This document shows positions 10,465-23,600 of a stretch of DNA of 64,000 nt, piece by piece. The position numbers were made by a program, and so were the translations under genes. The stretch covers positions 185,194,001 through 185,258,000 of the forward strand of contig OZ024742.1 in the NCBI GenBank assembly GCA_964016885.1. The letters run 5' to 3'. Within the stretch, counting starts at the first letter, position 1. Each line of letters begins with the position of its first letter. The stretch comes from Eledone cirrhosa (Eukaryota). Below the pieces are notes generated by a model. That model did not search any database. It was not told the origin of the DNA and was given only the letters and a program-made list of their open reading frames with translations.

Positions 10465-13400
10465 CGCGGTTAGTTAAGTTGGGGTTAAGTTAAGATGGGG
10501 TTAAGTTAAGTTGTGGTTAAGTTAAGTTGGGGTTAAGATAAGTTGGGGTTAACTTAAGTTGCGGTTGAGTTAAGTTAGGGTTGAGTTAATTGGGGTTAAG
10601 TTAAGTTGGGGCTAAGTTAAGTTGGGGCTAAGTTAAGTTGGGGCTAAGTTAAGTTGGGGTTAAGTTAAGGTGGGGTTTAGTTAAGTTGGGGTTGAGTTAA
10701 GTTGGGGTTGAGTTAAGTTGGGGTTAAGTTAAGTTGGGGTTAAGTTAAGTTAGGGTTAACTTAAGTTGGGGTTAAGTTAAGTTTAGGTTAACTTAAGTTG
10801 GGGTTAAGTTAAGTTGGGGTTAAGTTAAGTTGGGGCTAAGTTAAGTTGGGGCTAAGTTAAGTTGGGGCTAAGTTAAGTTGGGGTTAAGTTAAGGTGGGGT
10901 TTAGTTAAGTTGGGGTTGAGTTAAGTTGGGGTTGAGTTAAGTTAGGGTTAAGTTAAGTTGGGGTTAATTTAAGTTAGGGTTAACTTAAGTTGGGGTTAAG
11001 TTAAGTTGGGGTTTAATTAAGTTGGGGTTGAGTTAAGTTGGGGTTGAGTTAAGTTGGGCTTGAGTTAAGTTGGGGTTGAGTTAAGTTGGGCTTATCTTAA
11101 GTTGGGGTTAATTTAAGATGGGGTTAAGTTAAGTTGGGGTTAAGTTAATTTGGGGTTAAGTTAAGTTGGGGTTAAGTTAAGTTGGGGTTATGTTAAGTTG
11201 GGGTTAAGTTAAGTTGAGGTTAACTTAAGTTGGGGTTAAGTTAAGTTGGGGCTAAGTTAAGTTGGGGCTAAGTTAAGTTGGGGTTAAGTTAAGTTGGGGT
11301 TAAGTTAAGTTGGGGTCAACTTAAGTTGGGGCTAAGTTAAGTTGGGGTTAAGTTAAGTTGGGGCTAAGTTAAGTTGGAGTTAAGTTAAGTTGGGGTTAAA
11401 TTAAGTTGGGGTCAACGTAAGTTGGGGTTAAGTTAAGTTGGGGTTAAGTTAATTTGGGGGTAAGTTAAGTTGGGGTTAAGTTAAGTTGGGGTTAAGTTAA
11501 GTTGGGGTTAAGTTAAGTTGGGGCTGAGTTAAATTGGGGCTGTGTTAAGTTGGGGTTAAGTTAAGTTGGGGTTAAGTTAAGTTGGGGTTAAGTTAAGTTG
11601 GGGTTAAGTTGGGGTTAAATTAAGTTGGGGTTAATTTAAGTTGGGGTTAAGTTAAGTTGGGTTTAGGTTAAGTTGGGGTTGAGTTAAGTTGGGGTTAAGT
11701 TAAGTTGGGGTTAATTTAAGTTGGGGTTAAGTTAAGTTGGGGCTGAGTTAAGTTGGGGTTAAGTTAAGTTGGGGTTGAGTTAAGTTGGGGTTAAGTTAAG
11801 TTGGGGTTAAGTTAAGTCGGGGTTAAGTTAAGTTGGGGTTAAGTTAAGTTGGGGTTAAGTTAAGTTGGGGTTAAGTTAAGTTGGGGTTAAGTTAAGTTGG
11901 GGTTAAGATAAGTTGGGGTTAAGTTAAGTTGGGGTTGAGTTAAGTTGGGGTTGAGTTAATTTGGGGTTAAGTTAAGTTGGGGTTAAGTTAAGTTGGGGTT
12001 AAGTTAAGTTGGGGTTAAGTTAAGTTGGGGTTAAGATAAGTTGGGGTTAAGTTAAGTTGGGGTTGAGTTAAGTTGGGGTTGAGTTAAGTTGGGGTTAAGT
12101 TAAGTTGGGGTTAATTTAAGTTGGGGTTAAGTTAAGTTGGGGCTGAGTTAAGTTGGGGTTAAGTTAAGTTGGGGTTGAGTTAAGTTGGGGTTAAGTTAAG
12201 TTGGGGTTAAGTTAAGTCGGGGTTAAGTTAAGTTGGGGTTAAGTTAAGTTGGGGTTAAGTTAAGTTGGGGTTAAGTTAAGTTGGGGTTAAGTTAAGTTGG
12301 GGTTAACTTAAGTCGGGGTTAAGTTAAGTTGGGGTTAAGTTAAGTTGGGGTCAAGTTAAGTTGGGGTTAAGTTGGGGTTATGTTAAGTTGGGGTTAAGTT
12401 AAGTTGGGGTTAAGTTAAGTCGGGGTTAAGTTAAGTTGGGGTTAAGTTAAGTTGGGGTTAAGTTAAGTTGGGGTCAAGTTAAGTTGGGGTTAAGTTAAGT
12501 TGGGGTTAAGTTAAGTCGCGGTTAAGTTAAGTTGGGGTTAAGTTAAGATGGGGTTAAGTTAAGTTGGGGTTAAGTTAAGTTGGGGTTAAGATAAGTTGGG
12601 GTTAAGTTAAGTTGGGGTTGAGTTAAGTTGGGGTTGAGTTAATTGGGGTTAAGTTAAGTTGGGGTTAACTTAAGTTGGGTTTAAGTTAAGTTGGGGTTAA
12701 GTTAAGTTGGGGTTAAATTAAGTTGGGGTTAAGATAAGTTGGGGTTAAGTTAAGTCGGGGTTAAGTTAAGTCGGGGTTAAGTTAAGTTGGGGTTAAGTTA
12801 ACTTGGTGTTAAGTTAAGTTGGGGCTCAGTTAAGTTGGGGTTGAGTTAAGTTGGGGTCAATTTAAGTTGGGACTAAGCTAAGTTGGGGTTAAGTTAAGTT
12901 GGGGTTAAGTTAAGTTGGCGCTAAGTTTAGTGAAGGTTAAGTTAAGTTGGGGTTGAGTTAAGTTGGGGTTAAGTTAAGTTGGGGTTAAGTTAAGTTAGGG
13001 TTAAGTTAAGCTTGGGTTAAGTTAAGTTGGGGTTGAGTTAATTTGGGGTTGAGTTAAGTTGGGGTTGAGTTAAGTTGGGGTTGAGTTAAGTTGGGGTTAA
13101 GTTAAGTTGGGGTTAACTTAAGTTGGGGTTAAGTTAAGTTGGGGTCAATTTAAGTTGAGGTTAAGTTAACTTGGGATTAAGTTAAGTTGGGGTTAACTTA
13201 AATTGAGGTTAAGTTAAGTTGGGGTTAAGTTAAGTTGGGGGTAAGTTAAGTTGGGGGTAAGTTAAGTTTGGGTTAAGTTGGGGTTAAGTTAAGTTAGGGT
13301 TAAGTTACGTTGGGGTTGAGTTAAGTTGGGGTTAATTTAAATTGGGGTTAAGTTAACTTTGTGGTTCAGTTAAGTTGGGGTTAAGTTAAGTTGGGGCTTA

Positions 13401-16400
13401 TTTAAGTTGGGGTTAAGTTAAGTTGTGGTTAAGTTAAGTTGGGGTTAAGTTAAGTTGGGGTTAAGTTAAGTTGGGGTTAAGTTAAGTTGGGGTTAAATTA
13501 AGCTGGGTTGAAGTTAAGTTGGGGTTAAGTTAAGTTGGGGTTAAGTTAAGTTGGGGTTAAGTTAAGTTGGGGTTAAGTTAAGTCGGGGTTAAGTTAATTT
13601 GGGGTTCAGTTAAGTTGGGGTTAAGTTAAGTTGGGGCTTATTTAAGTTGGGGTTAAGTTAAGTTGTGGTTAAGTTAAGTTGGGGTTAAGTTAAGTCGGGG
13701 TTAAGTTAAGTCGCGGTTAAGTTAAGTTGTGGTTAAGTTAAGTTGGGGTTAAGTTAAGTTGGGGTTAAGTTAAGTTAGGGATAAGCTAAGTTGGCGTTAA
13801 GTTAAGTTGGGGTTAAGTTAAGTTGGGGTTAAGTTAAGTTGTGGTTAAGTTAAGTTGGGGCTGAGTTAAGTTGGGGTCAAGTTAAGTTGGGGTTGAGTTA
13901 AGTTGGGGTTAAGTTAAGTTGGGGTTAAGTTAAGTCGCGGTTAAGTTAAGTTGGGGTTAAGTTAAGATGGGGTTAAGTTAAGTTGTGGTTAAGTTAAGTT
14001 GGGGTTAAGATAAGTTGGGGTTAAGTTAAGTTGCGGTTGAGTTAAGTTGGGGTTGAGTTAATTGGGGTTAAGTTAAGTTGGGGTTAACTTAAGTTGGGTT
14101 TAAGTTAAGTTGGGGTTAAGTTAAGTTGGGGTTAAATTAAGTTGGGGTTATGATAAGTTGGGGTTAAGTTAAGTCGGGGTTAAGTTATGTCGGGGTTAAG
14201 TTAAGTTGGTGTTAAGTTAACTTGGTGTTAAGTTAAGTTGGGGTTCAGTTAAGTTGGGGTTGAGTTAAGTTGGGGGTCAAGTTAAGTTGGGGTTAAGCTA
14301 AGTTGGGGTTAAGTTAAGTTGGGGTTAAGTTAAGTTGGGGTTAATTTAAGTTTTGGTTAAGTTAAGTTGTGGCTGAGTTAAGTTGGGGTCAAGTTAAGTT
14401 GGGGTTGAGTTAAGAAGGGGTTAAGTGAACTTGGGGTTAAGTTAAGTTGGGGTTAAGTTAAGTTGGGGTTAAGTTAAGTTGGGGTTAAGTTAAGTTGGGG
14501 TTAAAATAAGTTGGGGTTAAGTTAAGTTGGGGTTGAGTTAAGTTGGGGTTGAGTTAATTTGGGGTTAAGTTAAGTTGGGGTTAACTTAAGTTGGGGTTCA
14601 GTTAAGTTGGCGTTCAGTTAAGTTGCGGTGAAGTTAAGTTGGGGTTAACTTAAGTCGGGGTTAAGTTAAGTTGGGGTTAATTTAAGTTGGGGTCAAGTTA
14701 AGTTGGGGTTAAGTTAAGTTGGGGTTATGTTAAGTTGGGGTTAAGTTAAGTTGGGGTTAAGTTAAGTCGGGGTTAAGTTAAGTTGGGGTTAAGTTAAGTT
14801 GCGGTTAAGTTGAGTTGGGGTCAAGTTAAGTTGGGGTTAAGTTAAGTTGGGGTTAAGTTAAGTCGCGGTTAAGTTAAGTTGGGGTTAAGTTAAGATGGGG
14901 TTAAGTTAAGTTGGGGTTAAGTTAAGTTGGGGTTAAGATAAGTTGGGGTTAAGTTAAGTTGGGGTTGAGTTAAGTTGGGGTTGAGTTAATTGGGGTTAAG
15001 TTAAGTTGGGGTCAACTTAAGTTGGGTTTAAGTTAAGTTGGGGTTAAGTTAAGTTGGGGTTAAATTAAGTTGGGGTTAAGATAAGTTGGGGTTAAGTTAA
15101 GTCGGGGTTAAGTTAAGTCGGGTTTAAGTTAAGTTGGGGTTAAGTTAACGTGCTGTTAAGTTAAGTTGGGGCTCAGTTAAGTTGGGGTTGAGTTAAGTTG
15201 GGGTCAAGTTAAGTTGGGACTAAGCTAAGTTGGGGTTAAGTTAAGTTGGGGTTAAGTTAAGTTGGCGCTAAGTTAAGTGAAGGTTAAGTTAAGTCGGGGT
15301 TAAGTTAAGTTGGGGTTAAGTTAAGTTGGGGTTAAGTTAAGTTGGGGTCAAGTTAAGTTGGGGTTAAGTTAAGTTGGGGTTAAGTTAAGTCGCGGTTAAG
15401 TTAAGTTGGGGTTAAGTTAAGATGGGGTTAAGTTAAGTTGGGGTTAAGTTAAGTTGGGGTTAAGATAAGTTGGGGTTCAGTTAAGTTGGGGTTGAGTTAA
15501 GTTGGGGTTGAGTTAATTGGGGGTAAGTTAAGTTGGGGGTAAGTTAAGTTTGGGTTAAGTTGGGGTTAAGTTAAGTTAGGGTTAAGTTACGTTGGGGTTG
15601 AGTTAAGTTGGGGTTAATTTAAATTGGGGTTAAGTTAACTTTGTGGTTAAGTTAAGTTGGGGTTAAGTTAAGTTGAGGTTAATTTAAGTTGAGGTTAAGT
15701 TAAGTTGGGGTTAAGTTAAGTTGGGGTTAAATTAAGCTGGGTTGAAGTTAAGTTGGGGTTAAGTTAAGTTGGGGTTAAGTTAAGTTGGGGTTAAGTTAAG
15801 TTGGGGTTAAGTTAAGTCGGGGTTAAGTTAATTTGGGGTTCAGTTAAGTTGGGGTTAAGTTAAGTTGGGGCTTATTTAAGTTGGGGTTAAGTTAAGTTGT
15901 GGTTAAGTTAAGTTGGGGTTAAGTTAAGTCGGGGTTAAGTTAAGTCGGGGTTAAGTTAAGTTGTGGTTAAGTTAAGTTGGGGTTAAGTTAAGTTGGGGTT
16001 GAGTTAAGTTAGGGATAAGCTAAGTTGGCTTTAAGTTAAGTTGGGGTTAAGTTAAGTTGGGGTTAAGTTAAGTTGTGGTTAAGTTAAGTTGGGGCTGAGT
16101 TAAGTTGGGGTCAAGTTAAGTTGGGGTTGAGTTAAGTTGGGGTTAAGTTAACTTGGGGTTAATTTAAGTTGGGGTTAAGTCAAATTGGGTTTGAGTTAAG
16201 TTAGGGTTAAGTTAAGTTGGGGTTAAGTTAAGTTGGGGTTAAGTTAAGTTGTGGTTAAGTTAAGTTGGGGTTAAGTTAAGTTGGGGTTCAGTTAAGTTGG
16301 GGTTACGTTAAGTAGGGGTTAAGTTGGGGTTAAATTAAGTTGGGGTTAAGTTAAGTTGGGGTTAAGTTAAGTTGGGGTTAAGTTAAGTTGTGGTTAAGTT

Positions 16401-17614
16401 AAGTTGTGGTTAAGTTAAGTTGGGGTTAAGTTAAGTTGGGGTTCAGTTAAGTTGGGGTTACGTTAAGTAGGGGTTAAGTTGGGGTTAAATTAAGTTGGGG
16501 TTAAGTTAAGTTGGGGTTAAGTTAAGTTGGGGTTAAGTTAAGTTGGGGTTAAGTTAAGTTGGGGTTAAGTTAAGTTGGGGTTGAGTTAAGTTGGGGTTAA
16601 GTTAAGTCGGGGTTAAGTTAAGTTGGGGTTAAGTTAAGTTGGGGTTAAGTTAAGTTGGGGTTAAGTTAAGTTGGGGTTGAGTTAAGTTGGGGTTAAGTTA
16701 AGTTGGGTTTAACTTAAGTTGGGGTTAAGTTAAGTTGGGGTTAAGTTAAGGTGGGGTTAAGTTAAGTTGGGGTTAAGTTAAGTCGGGGTTAAGTTAAGTT
16801 GGGGTTAAGTTAAGTTGGGGTTAAGTTAAGTTGGGGTTAAGATAAGTTGGGGTTAAGTTAAGTTGGGGTTGAGTTAAGTTGGGGTTAAGTTAAGTTGGCG
16901 TTCAGTTAAGTTGCGGTTAAGTTAAGATGGTGTTAACTTAAGTCGGGGTTAAGTTAAGTTGGGGTTAAGTTAAGTTGGGGTCAAGTTAAGTTGGGGTTAA
17001 GTTAAGTTGGGGTTAAGTTAAGTTGGGGTTAAGTTAAGTCGGGGTTAAGTTAAGTTGGGGTTAAGTTAAGTTGGGGTTAAGTTAAGTTGGGGTCAAGTTA
17101 AGTTGGGGTTAAGTTAAGTTGGGGTTAAGTTAAGTTGGGGTTAAGTTAAGTCGCGGTTAAGTTAAGTTGGGGTTAAGTTAAGATGGGGTTAAGTTAAGTT
17201 GTGGTTAAGTTAAGTTGGGGTTAAGATAAGTTGGGGTTAAGTTAAGTTGCGGTTGAGTTAAGTTGGGGTTGAGTTAATTGGGGTTAAGATAAGTTGGGGT
17301 TAAGTTAAGTTGCGGTTGAGTTAAGTTGGGGTTGAGTTAATTGGGGTTAAGTTAAGTTGGGGTTAACTTAAGTTGGGTTTAAGTTAAGTTGGGGTTAAGT
17401 TAAGTTGGGGTTAAATTAAGTTGGGGTTATGATAAGTTGGGGTTAAGTTAAGTCGGGGTTAAGTTATGTCGGGGTTAAGTTAAGTTGGTGTTAAGTTAAC
17501 TTGGTGTTAAGTTAAGTTGGGGTTCAGTTAAGTTGGGGTTGAGTTAAGTTGGGGGTCAAGTTAAGTTGGGGTTAAGCTAAGTTGGGGTTAAGTTAAGTTG
17601 GGGTTAAGTTAAGT
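10465..17614 (+). repeat. Higher-order repeat B, copy 2 (7,150 bp; internal rearrangement near 16250-16490)
   Basis: The same markers recur at +7150: 10466/17616, 11091/18241, 14414/21564, 16180/23330. Confidence 0.92.
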
Positions 17615-20600
17615 CGCGGTTAGTTAAGTTGGGGTTAAGTTAAGATGGGGTTAAGTTAAGTTGTGGTTAAGTTAAGTTGGGGTTAAGATAAGTTGGGGTT
17701 AACTTAAGTTGCGGTTGAGTTAAGTTAGGGTTGAGTTAATTGGGGTTAAGTTAAGTTGGGGCTAAGTTAAGTTGGGGCTAAGTTAAGTTGGGGCTAAGTT
17801 AAGTTGGGGTTAAGTTAAGGTGGGGTTTAGTTAAGTTGGGGTTGAGTTAAGTTGGGGTTGAGTTAAGTTGGGGTTAAGTTAAGTTGGGGTTAAGTTAAGT
17901 TAGGGTTAACTTAAGTTGGGGTTAAGTTAAGTTTAGGTTAACTTAAGTTGGGGTTAAGTTAAGTTGGGGTTAAGTTAAGTTGGGGCTAAGTTAAGTTGGG
18001 GCTAAGTTAAGTTGGGGCTAAGTTAAGTTGGGGTTAAGTTAAGGTGGGGTTTAGTTAAGTTGGGGTTGAGTTAAGTTGGGGTTGAGTTAAGTTAGGGTTA
18101 AGTTAAGTTGGGGTTAATTTAAGTTAGGGTTAACTTAAGTTGGGGTTAAGTTAAGTTGGGGTTTAATTAAGTTGGGGTTGAGTTAAGTTGGGGTTGAGTT
18201 AAGTTGGGCTTGAGTTAAGTTGGGGTTGAGTTAAGTTGGGCTTATCTTAAGTTGGGGTTAATTTAAGATGGGGTTAAGTTAAGTTGGGGTTAAGTTAATT
18301 TGGGGTTAAGTTAAGTTGGGGTTAAGTTAAGTTGGGGTTATGTTAAGTTGGGGTTAAGTTAAGTTGAGGTTAACTTAAGTTGGGGTTAAGTTAAGTTGGG
18401 GCTAAGTTAAGTTGGGGCTAAGTTAAGTTGGGGTTAAGTTAAGTTGGGGTTAAGTTAAGTTGGGGTCAACTTAAGTTGGGGCTAAGTTAAGTTGGGGTTA
18501 AGTTAAGTTGGGGCTAAGTTAAGTTGGAGTTAAGTTAAGTTGGGGTTAAATTAAGTTGGGGTCAACGTAAGTTGGGGTTAAGTTAAGTTGGGGTTAAGTT
18601 AATTTGGGGGTAAGTTAAGTTGGGGTTAAGTTAAGTTGGGGTTAAGTTAAGTTGGGGTTAAGTTAAGTTGGGGCTGAGTTAAATTGGGGCTGTGTTAAGT
18701 TGGGGTTAAGTTAAGTTGGGGTTAAGTTAAGTTGGGGTTAAGTTAAGTTGGGGTTAAGTTGGGGTTAAATTAAGTTGGGGTTAATTTAAGTTGGGGTTAA
18801 GTTAAGTTGGGTTTAGGTTAAGTTGGGGTTGAGTTAAGTTGGGGTTAAGTTAAGTTGGGGTTAATTTAAGTTGGGGTTAAGTTAAGTTGGGGCTGAGTTA
18901 AGTTGGGGTTAAGTTAAGTTGGGGTTGAGTTAAGTTGGGGTTAAGTTAAGTTGGGGTTAAGTTAAGTCGGGGTTAAGTTAAGTTGGGGTTAAGTTAAGTT
19001 GGGGTTAAGTTAAGTTGGGGTTAAGTTAAGTTGGGGTTAAGTTAAGTTGGGGTTAAGATAAGTTGGGGTTAAGTTAAGTTGGGGTTGAGTTAAGTTGGGG
19101 TTGAGTTAATTTGGGGTTAAGTTAAGTTGGGGTTAAGTTAAGTTGGGGTTAAGTTAAGTTGGGGTTAAGTTAAGTTGGGGTTAAGATAAGTTGGGGTTAA
19201 GTTAAGTTGGGGTTGAGTTAAGTTGGGGTTGAGTTAAGTTGGGGTTAAGTTAAGTTGGGGTTAATTTAAGTTGGGGTTAAGTTAAGTTGGGGCTGAGTTA
19301 AGTTGGGGTTAAGTTAAGTTGGGGTTGAGTTAAGTTGGGGTTAAGTTAAGTTGGGGTTAAGTTAAGTCGGGGTTAAGTTAAGTTGGGGTTAAGTTAAGTT
19401 GGGGTTAAGTTAAGTTGGGGTTAAGTTAAGTTGGGGTTAAGTTAAGTTGGGGTTAACTTAAGTCGGGGTTAAGTTAAGTTGGGGTTAAGTTAAGTTGGGG
19501 TCAAGTTAAGTTGGGGTTAAGTTGGGGTTATGTTAAGTTGGGGTTAAGTTAAGTTGGGGTTAAGTTAAGTCGGGGTTAAATTAAGTTGGGGTTAAGTTAA
19601 GTTGGGGTTAAGTTAAGTTGGGGTCAAGTTAAGTTGGGGTTAAGTTAAGTTGGGGTTAAGTTAAGTCGCGGTTAAGTTAAGTTGGGGTTAAGTTAAGATG
19701 GGGTTAAGTTAAGTTGGGGTTAAGTTAAGTTGGGGTTAAGATAAGTTGGGGTTAAGTTAAGTTGGGGTTGAGTTAAGTTGGGGTTGAGTTAATTGGGGTT
19801 AAGTTAAGTTGGGGTTAACTTAAGTTGGGTTTAAGTTAAGTTGGGGTTAAGTTAAGTTGGGGTTAAATTAAGTTGGGGTTAAGATAAGTTGGGGTTAAGT
19901 TAAGTCGGGGTTAAGTTAAGTCGGGGTTAAGTTAAGTTGGGGTTAAGTTAACTTGGTGTTAAGTTAAGTTGGGGCTCAGTTAAGTTGGGGTTGAGTTAAG
20001 TTGGGGTCAATTTAAGTTGGGACTAAGCTAAGTTGGGGTTAAGTTAAGTTGGGGTTAAGTTAAGTTGGCGCTAAGTTTAGTGAAGGTTAAGTTAAGTTGG
20101 GGTTGAGTTAAGTTGGGGTTAAGTTAAGTTGGGGTTAAGTTAAGTTAGGGTTAAGTTAAGCTTGGGTTAAGTTAAGTTGGGGTTGAGTTAATTTGGGGTT
20201 GAGTTAAGTTGGGGTTGAGTTAAGTTGGGGTTGAGTTAAGTTGGGGTTAAGTTAAGTTGGGGTTAACTTAAGTTGGGGTTAAGTTAAGTTGGGGTCAATT
20301 TAAGTTGAGGTTAAGTTAACTTGGGATTAAGTTAAGTTGGGGTTAACTTAAATTGAGGTTAAGTTAAGTTGGGGTTAAGTTAAGTTGGGGGTAAGTTAAG
20401 TTGGGGGTAAGTTAAGTTTGGGTTAAGTTGGGGTTAAGTTAAGTTAGGGTTAAGTTACGTTGGGGTTGAGTTAAGTTGGGGTTAATTTAAATTGGGGTTA
20501 AGTTAACTTTGTGGTTCAGTTAAGTTGGGGTTAAGTTAAGTTGGGGCTTATTTAAGTTGGGGTTAAGTTAAGTTGTGGTTAAGTTAAGTTGGGGTTAAGT

Positions 20601-23600
20601 TAAGTTGGGGTTAAGTTAAGTTGGGGTTAAGTTAAGTTGGGGTTAAATTAAGCTGGGTTGAAGTTAAGTTGGGGTTAAGTTAAGTTGGGGTTAAGTTAAG
20701 TTGGGGTTAAGTTAAGTTGGGGTTAAGTTAAGTCGGGGTTAAGTTAATTTGGGGTTCAGTTAAGTTGGGGTTAAGTTAAGTTGGGGCTTATTTAAGTTGG
20801 GGTTAAGTTAAGTTGTGGTTAAGTTAAGTTGGGGTTAAGTTAAGTCGGGGTTAAGTTAAGTCGGGGTTAAGTTAAGTTGTGGTTAAGTTAAGTTGGGGTT
20901 AAGTTAAGTTGGGGTTAAGTTAAGTTAGGGATAAGCTAAGTTGGCGTTAAGTTAAGTTGGGGTTAAGTTAAGTTGGGGTTAAGTTAAGTTGTGGTTAAGT
21001 TAAGTTGGGGCTGAGTTAAGTTGGGGTCAAGTTAAGTTGGGGTTGAGTTAAGTTGGGGTTAAGTTAAGTTGGGGTTAAGTTAAGTCGCGGTTAAGTTAAG
21101 TTGGGGTTAAGTTAAGATGGGGTTAAGTTAAGTTGTGGTTAAGTTAAGTTGGGGTTAAGATAAGTTGGGGTTAAGTTAAGTTGCGGTTGAGTTAAGTTGG
21201 GGTTGAGTTAATTGGGGTTAAGTTAAGTTGGGGTTAACTTAAGTTGGGTTTAAGTTAAGTTGGGGTTAAGTTAAGTTGGGGTTAAATTAAGTTGGGGTTA
21301 TGATAAGTTGGGGTTAAGTTAAGTCGGGGTTAAGTTATGTCGGGGTTAAGTTAAGTTGGTGTTAAGTTAACTTGGTGTTAAGTTAAGTTGGGGTTCAGTT
21401 AAGTTGGGGTTGAGTTAAGTTGGGGGTCAAGTTAAGTTGGGGTTAAGCTAAGTTGGGGTTAAGTTAAGTTGGGGTTAAGTTAAGTTGGGGTTAATTTAAG
21501 TTTTGGTTAAGTTAAGTTGTGGCTGAGTTAAGTTGGGGTCAAGTTAAGTTGGGGTTGAGTTAAGAAGGGGTTAAGTGAACTTGGGGTTAAGTTAAGTTGG
21601 GGTTAAGTTAAGTTGGGGTTAAGTTAAGTTGGGGTTAAGTTAAGTTGGGGTTAAAATAAGTTGGGGTTAAGTTAAGTTGGGGTTGAGTTAAGTTGGGGTT
21701 GAGTTAATTTGGGGTTAAGTTAAGTTGGGGTTAACTTAAGTTGGGGTTCAGTTAAGTTGGCGTTCAGTTAAGTTGCGGTGAAGTTAAGTTGGGGTTAACT
21801 TAAGTCGGGGTTAAGTTAAGTTGGGGTTAATTTAAGTTGGGGTCAAGTTAAGTTGGGGTTAAGTTAAGTTGGGGTTATGTTAAGTTGGGGTTAAGTTAAG
21901 TTGGGGTTAAGTTAAGTCGGGGTTAAGTTAAGTTGGGGTTAAGTTAAGTTGCGGTTAAGTTGAGTTGGGGTCAAGTTAAGTTGGGGTTAAGTTAAGTTGG
22001 GGTTAAGTTAAGTCGCGGTTAAGTTAAGTTGGGGTTAAGTTAAGATGGGGTTAAGTTAAGTTGGGGTTAAGTTAAGTTGGGGTTAAGATAAGTTGGGGTT
22101 AAGTTAAGTTGGGGTTGAGTTAAGTTGGGGTTGAGTTAATTGGGGTTAAGTTAAGTTGGGGTCAACTTAAGTTGGGTTTAAGTTAAGTTGGGGTTAAGTT
22201 AAGTTGGGGTTAAATTAAGTTGGGGTTAAGATAAGTTGGGGTTAAGTTAAGTCGGGGTTAAGTTAAGTCGGGTTTAAGTTAAGTTGGGGTTAAGTTAACG
22301 TGCTGTTAAGTTAAGTTGGGGCTCAGTTAAGTTGGGGTTGAGTTAAGTTGGGGTCAAGTTAAGTTGGGACTAAGCTAAGTTGGGGTTAAGTTAAGTTGGG
22401 GTTAAGTTAAGTTGGCGCTAAGTTAAGTGAAGGTTAAGTTAAGTCGGGGTTAAGTTAAGTTGGGGTTAAGTTAAGTTGGGGTTAAGTTAAGTTGGGGTCA
22501 AGTTAAGTTGGGGTTAAGTTAAGTTGGGGTTAAGTTAAGTCGCGGTTAAGTTAAGTTGGGGTTAAGTTAAGATGGGGTTAAGTTAAGTTGGGGTTAAGTT
22601 AAGTTGGGGTTAAGATAAGTTGGGGTTCAGTTAAGTTGGGGTTGAGTTAAGTTGGGGTTGAGTTAATTGGGGGTAAGTTAAGTTGGGGGTAAGTTAAGTT
22701 TGGGTTAAGTTGGGGTTAAGTTAAGTTAGGGTTAAGTTACGTTGGGGTTGAGTTAAGTTGGGGTTAATTTAAATTGGGGTTAAGTTAACTTTGTGGTTAA
22801 GTTAAGTTGGGGTTAAGTTAAGTTGAGGTTAATTTAAGTTGAGGTTAAGTTAAGTTGGGGTTAAGTTAAGTTGGGGTTAAATTAAGCTGGGTTGAAGTTA
22901 AGTTGGGGTTAAGTTAAGTTGGGGTTAAGTTAAGTTGGGGTTAAGTTAAGTTGGGGTTAAGTTAAGTCGGGGTTAAGTTAATTTGGGGTTCAGTTAAGTT
23001 GGGGTTAAGTTAAGTTGGGGCTTATTTAAGTTGGGGTTAAGTTAAGTTGTGGTTAAGTTAAGTTGGGGTTAAGTTAAGTCGGGGTTAAGTTAAGTCGGGG
23101 TTAAGTTAAGTTGTGGTTAAGTTAAGTTGGGGTTAAGTTAAGTTGGGGTTGAGTTAAGTTAGGGATAAGCTAAGTTGGCTTTAAGTTAAGTTGGGGTTAA
23201 GTTAAGTTGGGGTTAAGTTAAGTTGTGGTTAAGTTAAGTTGGGGCTGAGTTAAGTTGGGGTCAAGTTAAGTTGGGGTTGAGTTAAGTTGGGGTTAAGTTA
23301 ACTTGGGGTTAATTTAAGTTGGGGTTAAGTCAAATTGGGTTTGAGTTAAGTTAGGGTTAAGTTAAGTTGGGGTTAAGTTAAGTTGGGGTTAAGTTAAGTT
23401 GGGGTTAAGTTAAGTTGGGGTTAAATTAAGCTGGGTTTAAGTTAAGTTGGGGTTAAGTTAAGTTGGGGTTAAGTTAAGGTGGGGTTAAGTTAAGTTGAGG
23501 TTAAGTTAAGTTGGGGTTAAATTCAGTTGGGGTTAAGTTAAGTTGGGGTTAAGTTAAGTTGGGGATAAGTTAAGTTGAGTTTAAGTTAAGTTGGAGTTAA

